Origin: a candidate division WWE3 bacterium
GTDB lineage: Bacteria > Patescibacteriota > WWE3 > UBA101185 > UBA10185
DNA length: 45,145 nucleotides
Direction: 5' to 3'
Assembly (NCBI GenBank): GCA_003564915.1
Contig: PXDX01000075.1
Location: 1 to 45,145, forward strand
In this document: piece by piece, positions 1-8,378 of the stretch
How positions within the stretch are numbered: the first letter of the stretch is position 1
Layout: each line of letters opens with the position of its first letter
Program-made: the position numbers and the translations under genes
Notes under the pieces: model-generated
Seen by the model: only the letters and a program-made list of their open reading frames with translations
What the model was told of the DNA's origin: nothing
The model's database searches: none

Positions 1-425
1 GATATAAAGTCGAAGGGACCGGACCCGGTCTCCGAAGCGATTGGGGCATTTGTCGAAACAACGACGTAGAATTTTTTATCCAAAACCTCGTTATTTGTTA
101 TGGTTTCCTGGACAAATTTTCTGTAAGATTCAGCATTGTGTTTAAGAAGAGGATCCTCTATCTTTTTCTCTACCTTGACAATCTTTTCCAGATAACTACT
201 TATATCCAGTTTCTTTGACCTGATAACTATTTGTATAGGAAAAGTGATTGAGTTAATAAGCATTGAAAAAGCAGCAATGATAGCATCTTGCTCTATTTCG
301 GATAGAAGGTCGAAGTTTACCGCTGTTGTCTTTAAAACCCCCGCAACAGCACCGTTCTTAAGTATTACCAGATCGTCCCTTATTTCTTCAATTTCCAGAT
401 GGTCTTGGGTGGTGGCAGGTTTCAT
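1..425 (-). CDS. VirB4/TraC-like type IV secretion ATPase, N-terminal fragment (runs off the left edge)
   Basis: My translation of the minus strand from the ATG at 425 gives MKPATTQDHLEIEEIRDDLVILKNGAVAGVLKTTAVNFDLLSEIEQDAIIAAFSMLINSITFPIQIVIRSKKLDISSYLEKI...KKFYVVVSTN, open to position 1. It resembles the N-termini of Gram-positive-type VirB4/PrgJ ATPases. It lies 5 nt downstream of a PrgI-like gene, matching the VirB3-like then VirB4 order. Confidence 0.45.
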   Translation of the reverse strand, partial: MKPATTQDHLEIEEIRDDLVILKNGAVAGVLKTTAVNFDLLSEIEQDAIIAAFSMLINSITFPIQIVIRSKKLDISSYLEKIVKVEKKIEDPLLKHNAESYRKFVQETITNNEVLDKKFYVVVSTNAPIASETGSGPFDFI

Positions 426-430
426 TATTT

Positions 431-1624
431 TTAAGTTCCTATAATTTCAAGTGAGGGTAATAATTCTCCCCTCACACTAAATGGTATTATATCAAACGAG
501 AAGCCTGTTTCATTATCTTTATCAACTTCAATACTATACTCACCGTTGGGAAGAGGAGAAGAAATTAGGAATTTCCCCAACTTGTTAGTCTTTATAGCCC
601 TGACAGCTTCTCCTTTTTCGTTTCTTATAGTTAAAACAACGTCCTCCAAAAGTTTCCCCTCGCGACTGATTATCTTTCCACCGATTATATTAGGGCGGTT
701 TACCTCTGGAGGTAACTTTCTCATTCTCAGAGCCTTTTTTTGATCGGAGGATTGATCCTGCTCTCTTCTATCAAGCATTTCCTGTACTCTGGCATCTCTT
801 TTCAGGTAGCTTTCCTCAACGTCGCTTTCAACTTTCAACACCTTTTCCCCTCTTATGGGAAGGACTATTTGACCTTGTCCGGGGGTTAGATTAAGGAATT
901 TTCGCCCCGCGTGCTCTCCTATAGGCTGCAGTTTTGTTTTTCTTTTAAATTGATCCTCATCAGGGAGTTTAATATCGGCCTTACTCATGCGCGATCTTAT
1001 TATTTGATCCATCTTTCCTTGCTCCTCGGAAATATCGATTTCTTTTTCTCCCTCGGGACCTTCTTCCTGCACTTTTTTATCAGCCGGTTTCTTCTTATCG
1101 GGGGGACTTTCTTTGGGAAGGTCTTTGAAGGCTATTCTAACCATGTCTATATATTCTTTTTCAGGTATATCAAGGGAGTCCTCTTTAGACGCTATACCGC
1201 TTGTTTCCAGATATTCTTCAAGTTTTCTGCGACTAGCCGTTGGGGCCAGGGTTACCATCTCCTTTTGTAGAAATTCAAGATTTTGTTCATACGCAAAGGC
1301 TTCCGGGATAACGATTTTCTTCCTCCAGATCCTTTCGGTAGGTGAGTAGATCGCTTTGAAAAAATTGATTGCCCATATGTCCAAACCCCTCTCTTCTATT
1401 GGAACAAAAGCCAGAGCCAGCCCTAGAAGAGCTAACACTACAACAAAGATCCAGGTAAAGGGTTGAGGAACGATCAGTCTTGCCATATAGGCCATAATTG
1501 CAAAGATTACTATATAAACAAACTGTCTCATTGTCAGATCCCCTATCAGCTTAAATTCCACATCCATGATATTTTGGGGAACCGCATGCTGTCTATTGGT
1601 TTTTTGCTGTTCTCTAATGGGCAT
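431..1624 (-). CDS. PrgI-family (VirB3-like) T4SS membrane protein with a long charged linker and a C-terminal carboxypeptidase-regulatory-like beta-sandwich domain
   Basis: The N-terminus VPQNIMDVEFKLIGDLTMRQFVYIVIFAIMAYM plus two TM helices is the typical PrgI-family signature. The C-terminus IIGGKIISREGKLLEDVVLTIRNEKGEAVRAIKTNKLGKFLISSPLPNGEYSIEV fits the CarboxypepD_reg pattern. Confidence 0.6.
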   Translation of the reverse strand: MPIREQQKTNRQHAVPQNIMDVEFKLIGDLTMRQFVYIVIFAIMAYMARLIVPQPFTWIFVVVLALLGLALAFVPIEERGLDIWAINFFKAIYSPTERIWRKKIVIPEAFAYEQNLEFLQKEMVTLAPTASRRKLEEYLETSGIASKEDSLDIPEKEYIDMVRIAFKDLPKESPPDKKKPADKKVQEEGPEGEKEIDISEEQGKMDQIIRSRMSKADIKLPDEDQFKRKTKLQPIGEHAGRKFLNLTPGQGQIVLPIRGEKVLKVESDVEESYLKRDARVQEMLDRREQDQSSDQKKALRMRKLPPEVNRPNIIGGKIISREGKLLEDVVLTIRNEKGEAVRAIKTNKLGKFLISSPLPNGEYSIEVDKDNETGFSFDIIPFSVRGELLPSLEIIGT

Positions 1625-1646
1625 CTTGTTTAATTATACGGTATTT

Positions 1647-2894
1647 TTAACTTATTTCGGCAATAATGTTTTTTAGTTCCAGGATTTTTGTTTTCTCCTC
1701 GGATCTTTTTTTAAGTTCCACTTTATTGCCGGTCTTTTTGGATACGATAATTCTATTTCTTATTCCCAGCAAATCTGCTCCCTGCAACTTTTCTCCTGCT
1801 GATACATCTTTTCGATCGTCAAAGAGAACATTTATATTATTATTCTTCAGATACTCATATACTTCTTGAGCTCTTAAATTGACTTTGTTCTCCTCGATAT
1901 TTAATGCTATTAAGTGAGCTTCGAAGGGAGATATTTCTTCGGGCCATATTAGACCTTTCTCATCGGAGAGTATTTCCGCAACTGCTCCCAAACATCTTCC
2001 CGGTCCTATTCCATAGCTTCCCATTACTACAAGCTTTCTTTCCCCATTTTCGTCGGTGTAATACAGATCCAAGGCCTTGGAAAAACGGGTTCCTAATTTA
2101 AAGATGTTGCCGATCTCGATGGCATTCAATTTCTCCAATGAGTCTTTATCCATTCCGAGCTCATTGATAATTTCCTCTTTATAAACCTCTTCGTTTATTG
2201 CCATTCCTTGCTCTCTGTCCAAATAGACGGTATCCTCTCCTGTAGTGCAGATTGCCTGAAATTCGTGGCTGAATTTACTAAAAACTCCTCCGCTGGCAAA
2301 GGTCAGAAAAGTAATCTCCTCTAGGCCAATTCTTTCAAATATCTTTAAGTAAGCTTTTATCATTTTGTTGTAAAAATTCTCTTGTTCGTTCTCTGTCTTA
2401 TTGAAGGAATAGAGGTCCTTCATTATGAACTCTCTGGTTCTAAGGATGCCGCTTTTGGATCTTAGTTCATTTCTGAATTTTGTTTGAAATTGGTATGCAT
2501 ATACCGGGAGATCCCTATGAGAATTAATATGCTGCACCATTATATTTGTTAGAGGTTCTTCATGAGTTGTGGCCAAGCCAATCTCTGAGCGGCTCTGAAG
2601 ATGAGTTTTAAACCATACATCCAATTCCTTATCGCTCCACCTTCCCGTCTTTTTCCATAAATCCGGATTTTGTAGAGAGCCGAGAAGGATCTCTTGTCCT
2701 CCTACAGCGTTCATCTCCTCCCTGATTATTTGGATGATTTTATCCAATACAATTTTACCTAGAGGGAGGTAGGCGTAAACACCGGCCATTTCTTTTTGGA
2801 TGTAGCCGCCTTGGACCAGGAGTTGAGCGCCTTTACTTTCCTCGTCCGAAGGAGGATTTTTTCTTATCTTGGTGAAAAGATTGCTTTGAAGCAT
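1647..2894 (-). CDS. proS: Prolyl-tRNA synthetase, short bacterial-like form without the INS editing domain
   Basis: 415 aa. Recognisable elements are QGGYIQKEMAGVYAYLPLG, motif 2 FRNELRSKSGILRTREFIMKDLYSF, motif 3 GSYGIGPGR and a C-terminal anticodon-binding region. Confidence 0.9.
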   Translation of the reverse strand: MLQSNLFTKIRKNPPSDEESKGAQLLVQGGYIQKEMAGVYAYLPLGKIVLDKIIQIIREEMNAVGGQEILLGSLQNPDLWKKTGRWSDKELDVWFKTHLQSRSEIGLATTHEEPLTNIMVQHINSHRDLPVYAYQFQTKFRNELRSKSGILRTREFIMKDLYSFNKTENEQENFYNKMIKAYLKIFERIGLEEITFLTFASGGVFSKFSHEFQAICTTGEDTVYLDREQGMAINEEVYKEEIINELGMDKDSLEKLNAIEIGNIFKLGTRFSKALDLYYTDENGERKLVVMGSYGIGPGRCLGAVAEILSDEKGLIWPEEISPFEAHLIALNIEENKVNLRAQEVYEYLKNNNINVLFDDRKDVSAGEKLQGADLLGIRNRIIVSKKTGNKVELKKRSEEKTKILELKNIIAEIS

Positions 2895-2934
2895 CGATGT
2901 TCCATCTTAAAAAAGACACAACGAAGTCAATTTC

Positions 2935-3372
2935 TTAAGATTCTTCTTCAGCCCCCTCTCCTACAAGATCGGGATTTTCATATATGTTTCCCAGTACTTT
3001 GATACGACGTAAAGAGCGTTTGTCCGCGAAGTCTATCTGTCTGTCTTCATCAATAAAATGTAACTCAAAGCGAGCATTTTCAGTGCTCCATTTTACTATT
3101 GCCAATTTCTCTTGTGCGCCCACACTTACCACATCACTCTCAAATATTTTCTTTCCCCGATCATCTTTTAGACCGGTGTATTGCATTACAATTATATTCT
3201 CATCATATTCCTCGCTGACGTACCAATCCGCTCCTCTTTTTTTAGGATTTCCCCTTGAATATAGAACCTTTCCCATTAGCCCGACCGCAATATTTTTATA
3301 CATATACTCTTTTTCTTGATGCCAGACTCTAAAACTTATTTCTCTACCGTTTTCCTTTTCACCGATTTCCAT
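2935..3372 (-). CDS. YopX-family protein (phage-associated domain)
   Basis: FRVWHQEKEYMY...MQYTGLKDDRGKKIFESDVV...IKVLGNIYENPDL matches the YopX hallmark (FRAW..., QYTGLKDKNGKEIYEGD, IGNIYENPEL). A GAAAGGAAAA RBS lies upstream. Confidence 0.7.
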   Translation of the reverse strand: MEIGEKENGREISFRVWHQEKEYMYKNIAVGLMGKVLYSRGNPKKRGADWYVSEEYDENIIVMQYTGLKDDRGKKIFESDVVSVGAQEKLAIVKWSTENARFELHFIDEDRQIDFADKRSLRRIKVLGNIYENPDLVGEGAEEES

Positions 3373-3427
3373 AAAATTTTCCTTTCAGAATTATCTACTT
3401 TGCCTATATTTGCTTATTCTATCATGT

Positions 3428-3793
3428 TTAGCTCTTAGATAAAGGGGTTTTGATTTTAAACCACACGATCGTTAATATTAGAAGAGCTCCAGTAACAATA
3501 TTTAATACTCCATATATCTTTAGAGCTGTAAAAATTGTTATTCCGATACCCCATATTATTGATTTTAAAAAACACGCTCTATATAATTGGCGCAGATCGG
3601 TCATAAATTGTGCTTTGCTTTTTTTGACAAAAAACGTAATGAGAGAGATCGCTAATGTAGAGGAAAGACCAAGAAGCAGTAAGAATAATAGTCTGACGTA
3701 TGTTTTATCGGGACTTATATTATAGACAAGGAAGAGTTTACTCGAAATTAACAATAGCTGAGCAAATAATAGTGTGTAGATAAATTTAGGCAC
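3428..3793 (-). CDS. Hypothetical small integral membrane protein (about 4 TM)
   Basis: 121-aa ORF with several hydrophobic helices. No recognisable family. Confidence 0.45.
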   Translation of the reverse strand: MPKFIYTLLFAQLLLISSKLFLVYNISPDKTYVRLLFLLLLGLSSTLAISLITFFVKKSKAQFMTDLRQLYRACFLKSIIWGIGITIFTALKIYGVLNIVTGALLILTIVWFKIKTPLSKS

Positions 3794-3826
3794 GCTTTTA
3801 TACTAACACTCTCCATAAAATTTAAT

Positions 3827-3856
3827 AATCTTTTAATCTTTTTGTGTAAAGATTAA
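3827..3856. promoter_or_regulatory. Tandem AATCTTTT x2 overlapping a perfect 9-bp inverted repeat (TTAATCTTT-N6-AAAGATTAA) in a divergent intergenic region
   Basis: Read directly. AATCTTTT occurs at 3827-3834 and 3835-3842. The IR arms are 3833-3841 and 3848-3856. The site lies between the membrane-protein start (3793, minus) and the response-regulator start (3879, plus). Confidence 0.25.
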
Positions 3857-3878
3857 AGAATTGGGAATTTTAGTTAAC

Positions 3879-4574
3879 ATGAGAATCTTGTCAGTAACAT
3901 CAGAAAATCGTTTGAAGAGAAAAATAAAAAGAGCTTTAAAGGATGAGTTCATTGTTGATTTTGTAGATTCCGGGTCTTTGGGGATTTATTCCGCACAGGA
4001 GGAATTCTATAGCCTTATTTTGTTAGATACCAGCCTTTCGGACATGTCCGGGATTGATCTTTGTTCAATGATACGTAAGAGAGGTGTTACGATCCCAATA
4101 ATCATAATTAGTGATAAGGGATGTTCCTCCGAGCGGATTTCTTGCTTAAGGCAGGGGGCGGACGCTTATATTCCAATGGATCAGATCTCTTCAGAGCTTT
4201 CGGTCAGCATAATCGCTCTTCTAAGAAGAATATCTTATTCATACCCGACTGGAGATATTTATAAAATCGGGAATTTTAACGTTGATTTTTGTAACCATCA
4301 GGTTTTGTTGAATGGTAAGGATCTTAAGTTCAAAAAGAAGGAATACGCTCTTTTGGAACTTTTTCTCCGCAACAAAGGTAGAGTTCTGTCCAGAAATGTA
4401 ATTTTGGAAGCTGTTTGGGAGGATGGTGAGAAAAAGGAATCAAACGTTGTTAGTGTCAATGTCTATTCATTGCGTCAAAAATTAGAACAGTGCTTGAATA
4501 CCAGGAATTTAATAAGGACCGTATACGGTTTAGGTTATGTTTTTGAGGATACAGAGTTGCAACAGAAGGAGTAA
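3879..4574 (+). CDS. OmpR/PhoB-family response regulator (receiver plus winged-helix) with an atypical receiver; orphan
   Basis: The C-terminal Trans_reg_C pattern is KKKEYALLELFLRNKGRVLSRNVILEAVW...VNVYSLRQKL...IRTVYGLGYVF. The receiver is MRILSVTSE...LILLDTSLSDMSG...IIIISDKG...GADAYIPMD. I prefer the ATG at 3879 over the TTG at 3861. Confidence 0.8.
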   Translation: MRILSVTSENRLKRKIKRALKDEFIVDFVDSGSLGIYSAQEEFYSLILLDTSLSDMSGIDLCSMIRKRGVTIPIIIISDKGCSSERISCLRQGADAYIPMDQISSELSVSIIALLRRISYSYPTGDIYKIGNFNVDFCNHQVLLNGKDLKFKKKEYALLELFLRNKGRVLSRNVILEAVWEDGEKKESNVVSVNVYSLRQKLEQCLNTRNLIRTVYGLGYVFEDTELQQKE

Positions 4575-4591
4575 AACCCTATTATTATGAT

Positions 4592-5548
4592 GTGTTTAAA
4601 ATCATAGACCTTATCTATCAGATTGCCCGCACCGCACGCCCTAGGCAGTGGTTGAAGAATTTTAGTGTTTTTGCCGCACCCTTTTTTTCCGGATTAATGT
4701 TCACTTCGGATGTTCTAAGAAAAGCTCCCCGTACTTTTGTTGTTTTTTGCTTAATATCTTCTGCAGCCTACTTTATTAATGACATAGTAGATGCTCCTAA
4801 AGATCGGCAACATCCTGTGAAGAAAAATCGCCCCATCGCTTCCGGAAACCTTCCTGTAAGCATCGCTTGGTTAGTAGCCTTGTTTTTGATTATAGCTTCC
4901 TTTTATCTTTCCTATCGATATATTGGGATCTTTGTCTTTTACAGTGTTTTAGCTTACATTTTATTGCAAATTTTTTATTCACTTTATTTTAGGAACGTAA
5001 TTATTTTGGATTCTTTGGTTGTGGGTACGGGTTTCGTACTCCGAGTTTTTGCAGGCGGTTTTGCAACTAATACATCGCTTTCTTCATGGCTGATTTTGGC
5101 AACCATAGGTTTGTCTCTTCTCTTGGCTTTTGGAAAGAGAAGGTCCGAGAAAACCCTTTTAAGAAGTTTGGTGGATTTAGAGGAGCCCAAGACGCGTAAG
5201 ACACTGCGGCATTATCCGGATAGTTTACTGGATAGTATGATTTCCGTTTCAGCTTCAATATCAGTAATTACTTACTCTCTGTTTACATTTCAAATTTCTC
5301 CGCAAGCCCGTGAAGGTATCGGATCTCTGATTGGAATACTTCCCCCAACCCTTCAAAGTCCAAAATGGATGATGCTTACAATACCTTTGGTCATTTACGG
5401 TGTGGCACGCTATCTTTATGTGGTCTATGAAAAAAAGGACGCTGAATCTCCGGAGAGAGTTTTGCTTTCGGATCTACCTCTTTTGGCTACCGTCATCATT
5501 TGGGCTGCATCGGTCTTTGGTATTGTGTACGTTATTCCCGGATACTAA
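4592..5548 (+). CDS. UbiA-family prenyl-phosphate phosphoribosyltransferase (decaprenyl-phosphate PRPP transferase-like)
   Basis: RPRQWLKNFSVFAAPFFSG and NDIVDAPKDRQHPVKKNRPIASG are typical of Rv3806c-like UbiA enzymes. The protein is polytopic. GTG start. Confidence 0.75.
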   Translation: MFKIIDLIYQIARTARPRQWLKNFSVFAAPFFSGLMFTSDVLRKAPRTFVVFCLISSAAYFINDIVDAPKDRQHPVKKNRPIASGNLPVSIAWLVALFLIIASFYLSYRYIGIFVFYSVLAYILLQIFYSLYFRNVIILDSLVVGTGFVLRVFAGGFATNTSLSSWLILATIGLSLLLAFGKRRSEKTLLRSLVDLEEPKTRKTLRHYPDSLLDSMISVSASISVITYSLFTFQISPQAREGIGSLIGILPPTLQSPKWMMLTIPLVIYGVARYLYVVYEKKDAESPERVLLSDLPLLATVIIWAASVFGIVYVIPGY

Positions 5549-5594
5549 CAAAATATCGAATTAAAAGAAGCAATAGGAATTAAGTGAATAGTAT

Positions 5595-5930
5595 TTATTC
5601 GCTTTCTAAACCGTCTTCGATTTGCAGTTCAAATTCAAGTTCGGAATTTTCTTCGCTATCTTCTTCTAATTCCTCAACAGGATCCAACTCGGGTTCGGTA
5701 GAAAAGAATCTTCTCTCGTATTCCAAGTTTATACATGGTTGAGTTGCCCCTTTGACACTAGGAAACGTTTCATCTTGAGCAGAGAGAACCTCTTGATTAT
5801 CTCCATCGATATTTCCTATGGAAGCTAATCCCAAGGAAGTTATTGGCAAAGCCAGAAATCCTATAAGTAACACCGCCATCAAAACGTTAATCGTAATAGA
5901 TGTTAGTTTATCAAACATGGTCATCTCCAA
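5595..5930 (-). CDS. Hypothetical membrane-anchored protein with an acidic C-terminus
   Basis: 111-aa ORF with one N-terminal TM helix and an E/D-rich tail. It overlaps the upstream gene by 20 nt, suggesting an operon. Confidence 0.4.
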   Translation of the reverse strand: MEMTMFDKLTSITINVLMAVLLIGFLALPITSLGLASIGNIDGDNQEVLSAQDETFPSVKGATQPCINLEYERRFFSTEPELDPVEELEEDSEENSELEFELQIEDGLESE

Positions 5931-6495
5931 AATCCAAAACTAATACGTCTTCGTCGTCTTCATAATAATCAAATGAATCTTCTTCCATTGCGTTTAAGTT
6001 TATTTCTCTTTCTACGTCAATTACGAACATTATGGTAGTAATGACCCCAAGGACCAGCCCCGTATAAAAAACCCACGGAAAGAGGAGTCCAAACAGAGCC
6101 ATAACTCCTGACATAAGGAGCATAAGATAGAGATAAGAGATCCAAATGACTCCCTGCGAATAAAGATCAAATGAATTCTGTATAAAGTGAGAGAGACGGA
6201 GGCTGAAGATGGTGGCAGTGGTTTGAGGATCCACATGGCTATTGTGAAAAACAAAGGTTTTTATGAGAACGTAAGACAGGCCTATTGTTAAGGTAACAAA
6301 TATAGAAAGAATAGAGTAAGAGTTTATCGTTAGATAATGTTGCGGATTATTAAAAGTGAGTCCTGCGGGCCCAACCACATAAGGGATTCCCAACTGATTA
6401 CTTATCAACACTACTGAAATCATTCTCACAGCGACAAGGAGCAGTGCGGGGACTATAGCTTGGTCAATTAGTTTAATAAGTATTTTAGAAAACAT
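5911..6495 (-). CDS. Hypothetical polytopic membrane protein
   Basis: The ORF spans 5911-6555. I prefer the internal ATG at 6495 (MFSKILIKLIDQ...) because the longer form overlaps the divergent gene that starts at 6521. Confidence 0.45.
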   Translation of the reverse strand: MFSKILIKLIDQAIVPALLLVAVRMISVVLISNQLGIPYVVGPAGLTFNNPQHYLTINSYSILSIFVTLTIGLSYVLIKTFVFHNSHVDPQTTATIFSLRLSHFIQNSFDLYSQGVIWISYLYLMLLMSGVMALFGLLFPWVFYTGLVLGVITTIMFVIDVEREINLNAMEEDSFDYYEDDEDVLVLDFGDDHV

Positions 6496-6520
6496 GGCAG
6501 GTTGATATGATAATAGCAGT

Positions 6521-7798
6521 ATGCTTTTTAAAAAGTCAATTTTTACGCAGACCATAAACGGCCTTTTTATCCTTTTGCTTTTACTTACGCCTTTGATACA
6601 ATTTCCATTTACAAGGGATGCTTACGAATTTCCTAAGGGCATCTTCATTTCCCTGATCGGTATATTAATTCTATTTTTATTTAATTTGGGATGTTTGTGC
6701 GGTTTCTATAAATTAAGAAAACCCCCCGTCTTAATATTGCTTTTACTAGGGGTTTACGTTATTTCCTCATTTTTTTCTTCCTATGGACATACATCCCTAT
6801 GGGGTTATCACGGGCGTCTTAGTGGAGGATCGGTTTTACATCTAATCTATACAGGACTTTTCATTGTCTCTTATAGTTTTTTTGACGAAAAGTCCATTAC
6901 CAAGATGATTTTTCTTTCTCTGCTTGTAAGTTCGTTTTTAACCTCTCTCATAGGAATAATGCAGTATTTTGGTTTTGGGGCAGATCCTTTGGAACGGGTA
7001 TATTCTACATTCGGTCAGCCAAACTGGCTGGCGGCTTTCTTGGTCTTTGGCTTAATGTGTTTTATGCACTTGTATCTTAAGGCCGATTCAAGAAGAAAGA
7101 GTATTCTTTATTTAATTGCTCTGACACCCGTTCTTTTGTGTTTATGGCTCACCTTCTCGCTCTCAGGATGGTTGGGATTCTTTGCAGGATTGTTATTACT
7201 CTGTTTTTTAGGAAGGTCAAGGTACAGCTTTAAGAAGTTAATTCCCGTTTTTCTTGTTCTGCTTTTGTTTTTGACATTGTTTCCGGGGCAGTTCTTACCG
7301 AAAATCAGAGATTCTTTAATGGATCTAGATCAACAGTTTGGAGGATTTCCACGTGTTGTAGTTCAAGCAAAGAACAGCGATCTCCTCCCGACAAGCCGAG
7401 AAATTTCCGATCCCGGATTTATCCGTATAAGTGTCTGGGAAGGAGCGGTAAAACTTTTTTCTCACTACCCTTCAAGGATGATTTTTGGGCATGGCCCCGG
7501 CTCCTTTGCTTATTTGTTTCCTTTTTTTCGACCTGATAGTTTGAATTACTCTTCAGAATGGAATTTAGTTTTCAGTAAACCTCACAACTATTTTTTAGAG
7601 TTGCTTATTGAGGTTGGATTGTCAGGTCTTTTGTTGTATTTAGCTATTCTTTTCAAGGGAATTACTTCCGGTAGATCTTGGAATTCAGCTATTTTCACTG
7701 TATTCGGATTGGTCGTCTTTTTTAGCTGGCCCGCTGTAACCATGAGTTTATATTTCTGGATTTTATTGTCAGGAGCATATTTATATGAAGAGAAATAG
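6521..7798 (+). CDS. O-antigen ligase / Wzy-like polymerase family membrane protein
   Basis: About 10 or more TM helices. Contains a Wzy_C-like block: FGHGPGSFAYLFPFF...KPHNYFLELLIEVGLSGLLLYL. Confidence 0.7.
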   Translation: MLFKKSIFTQTINGLFILLLLLTPLIQFPFTRDAYEFPKGIFISLIGILILFLFNLGCLCGFYKLRKPPVLILLLLGVYVISSFFSSYGHTSLWGYHGRLSGGSVLHLIYTGLFIVSYSFFDEKSITKMIFLSLLVSSFLTSLIGIMQYFGFGADPLERVYSTFGQPNWLAAFLVFGLMCFMHLYLKADSRRKSILYLIALTPVLLCLWLTFSLSGWLGFFAGLLLLCFLGRSRYSFKKLIPVFLVLLLFLTLFPGQFLPKIRDSLMDLDQQFGGFPRVVVQAKNSDLLPTSREISDPGFIRISVWEGAVKLFSHYPSRMIFGHGPGSFAYLFPFFRPDSLNYSSEWNLVFSKPHNYFLELLIEVGLSGLLLYLAILFKGITSGRSWNSAIFTVFGLVVFFSWPAVTMSLYFWILLSGAYLYEEK

Positions 7799-8378
7799 AT
7801 ATTTAATTTTTTTACATATTCTTGTTGTACTTTTTCTATGTCCGCTTCTGACTTTTAGGATCATAGTTATTTTTAGAGCTGAATTGGACAGTTTTTCAGC
7901 ACATTCTCTTTATGAGAAGGGGGAGGCCTTAAAAGCTTTACCTTTATCTGTTAGTGCTGTGAATTATAATCCAACCGAACCCACGCACTTAATTGAAAGA
8001 GCGAGAATACTTGCTTTGCTGGGTGCGTATGATTGTTCCTATGGACTTGATAACTTACATAAACGCTACGCTGCAAGGGATCTTGTGAAAGCAGTCGAAA
8101 TGAATTCCCACAATATATTGGTTAGCAGAAGGGCTTTACCGATATATTACACTCTGTCAGCTATTACTTGTGATCCCGGAACGGATCCGTTTTACGTACA
8201 GAAAACACGTGATCATATTTGGATGCTGAAACATAATTATCCAAATGATGCCGGTGTCTTAGTTCAAGCCGCTCATTATGAGAATTTATTAGGGCTTGAT
8301 GAGGACTATAGATCTACAAAAAACTTGATTCAACAATTGCGTTCCGACCTTTTGGAATGGCACCCGTCACTGAGATAG
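7785..8378 (+). CDS. Hypothetical membrane-anchored helical (TPR-like) protein
   Basis: 197-aa ORF overlapping the ligase-like gene by 14 nt. It has an N-terminal TM helix followed by a helical repeat-like sequence. TPR tails are often fused to O-antigen-ligase-like proteins. Confidence 0.4.
   Translation: MKRNRYLIFLHILVVLFLCPLLTFRIIVIFRAELDSFSAHSLYEKGEALKALPLSVSAVNYNPTEPTHLIERARILALLGAYDCSYGLDNLHKRYAARDLVKAVEMNSHNILVSRRALPIYYTLSAITCDPGTDPFYVQKTRDHIWMLKHNYPNDAGVLVQAAHYENLLGLDEDYRSTKNLIQQLRSDLLEWHPSLR

Noticed and set aside
244-444. A 66-aa plus-strand ORF at the left edge.
   Set aside because: It lies antisense to a continuous minus-strand frame with a VirB4-like sequence, and it also overlaps the end of the PrgI-like gene.
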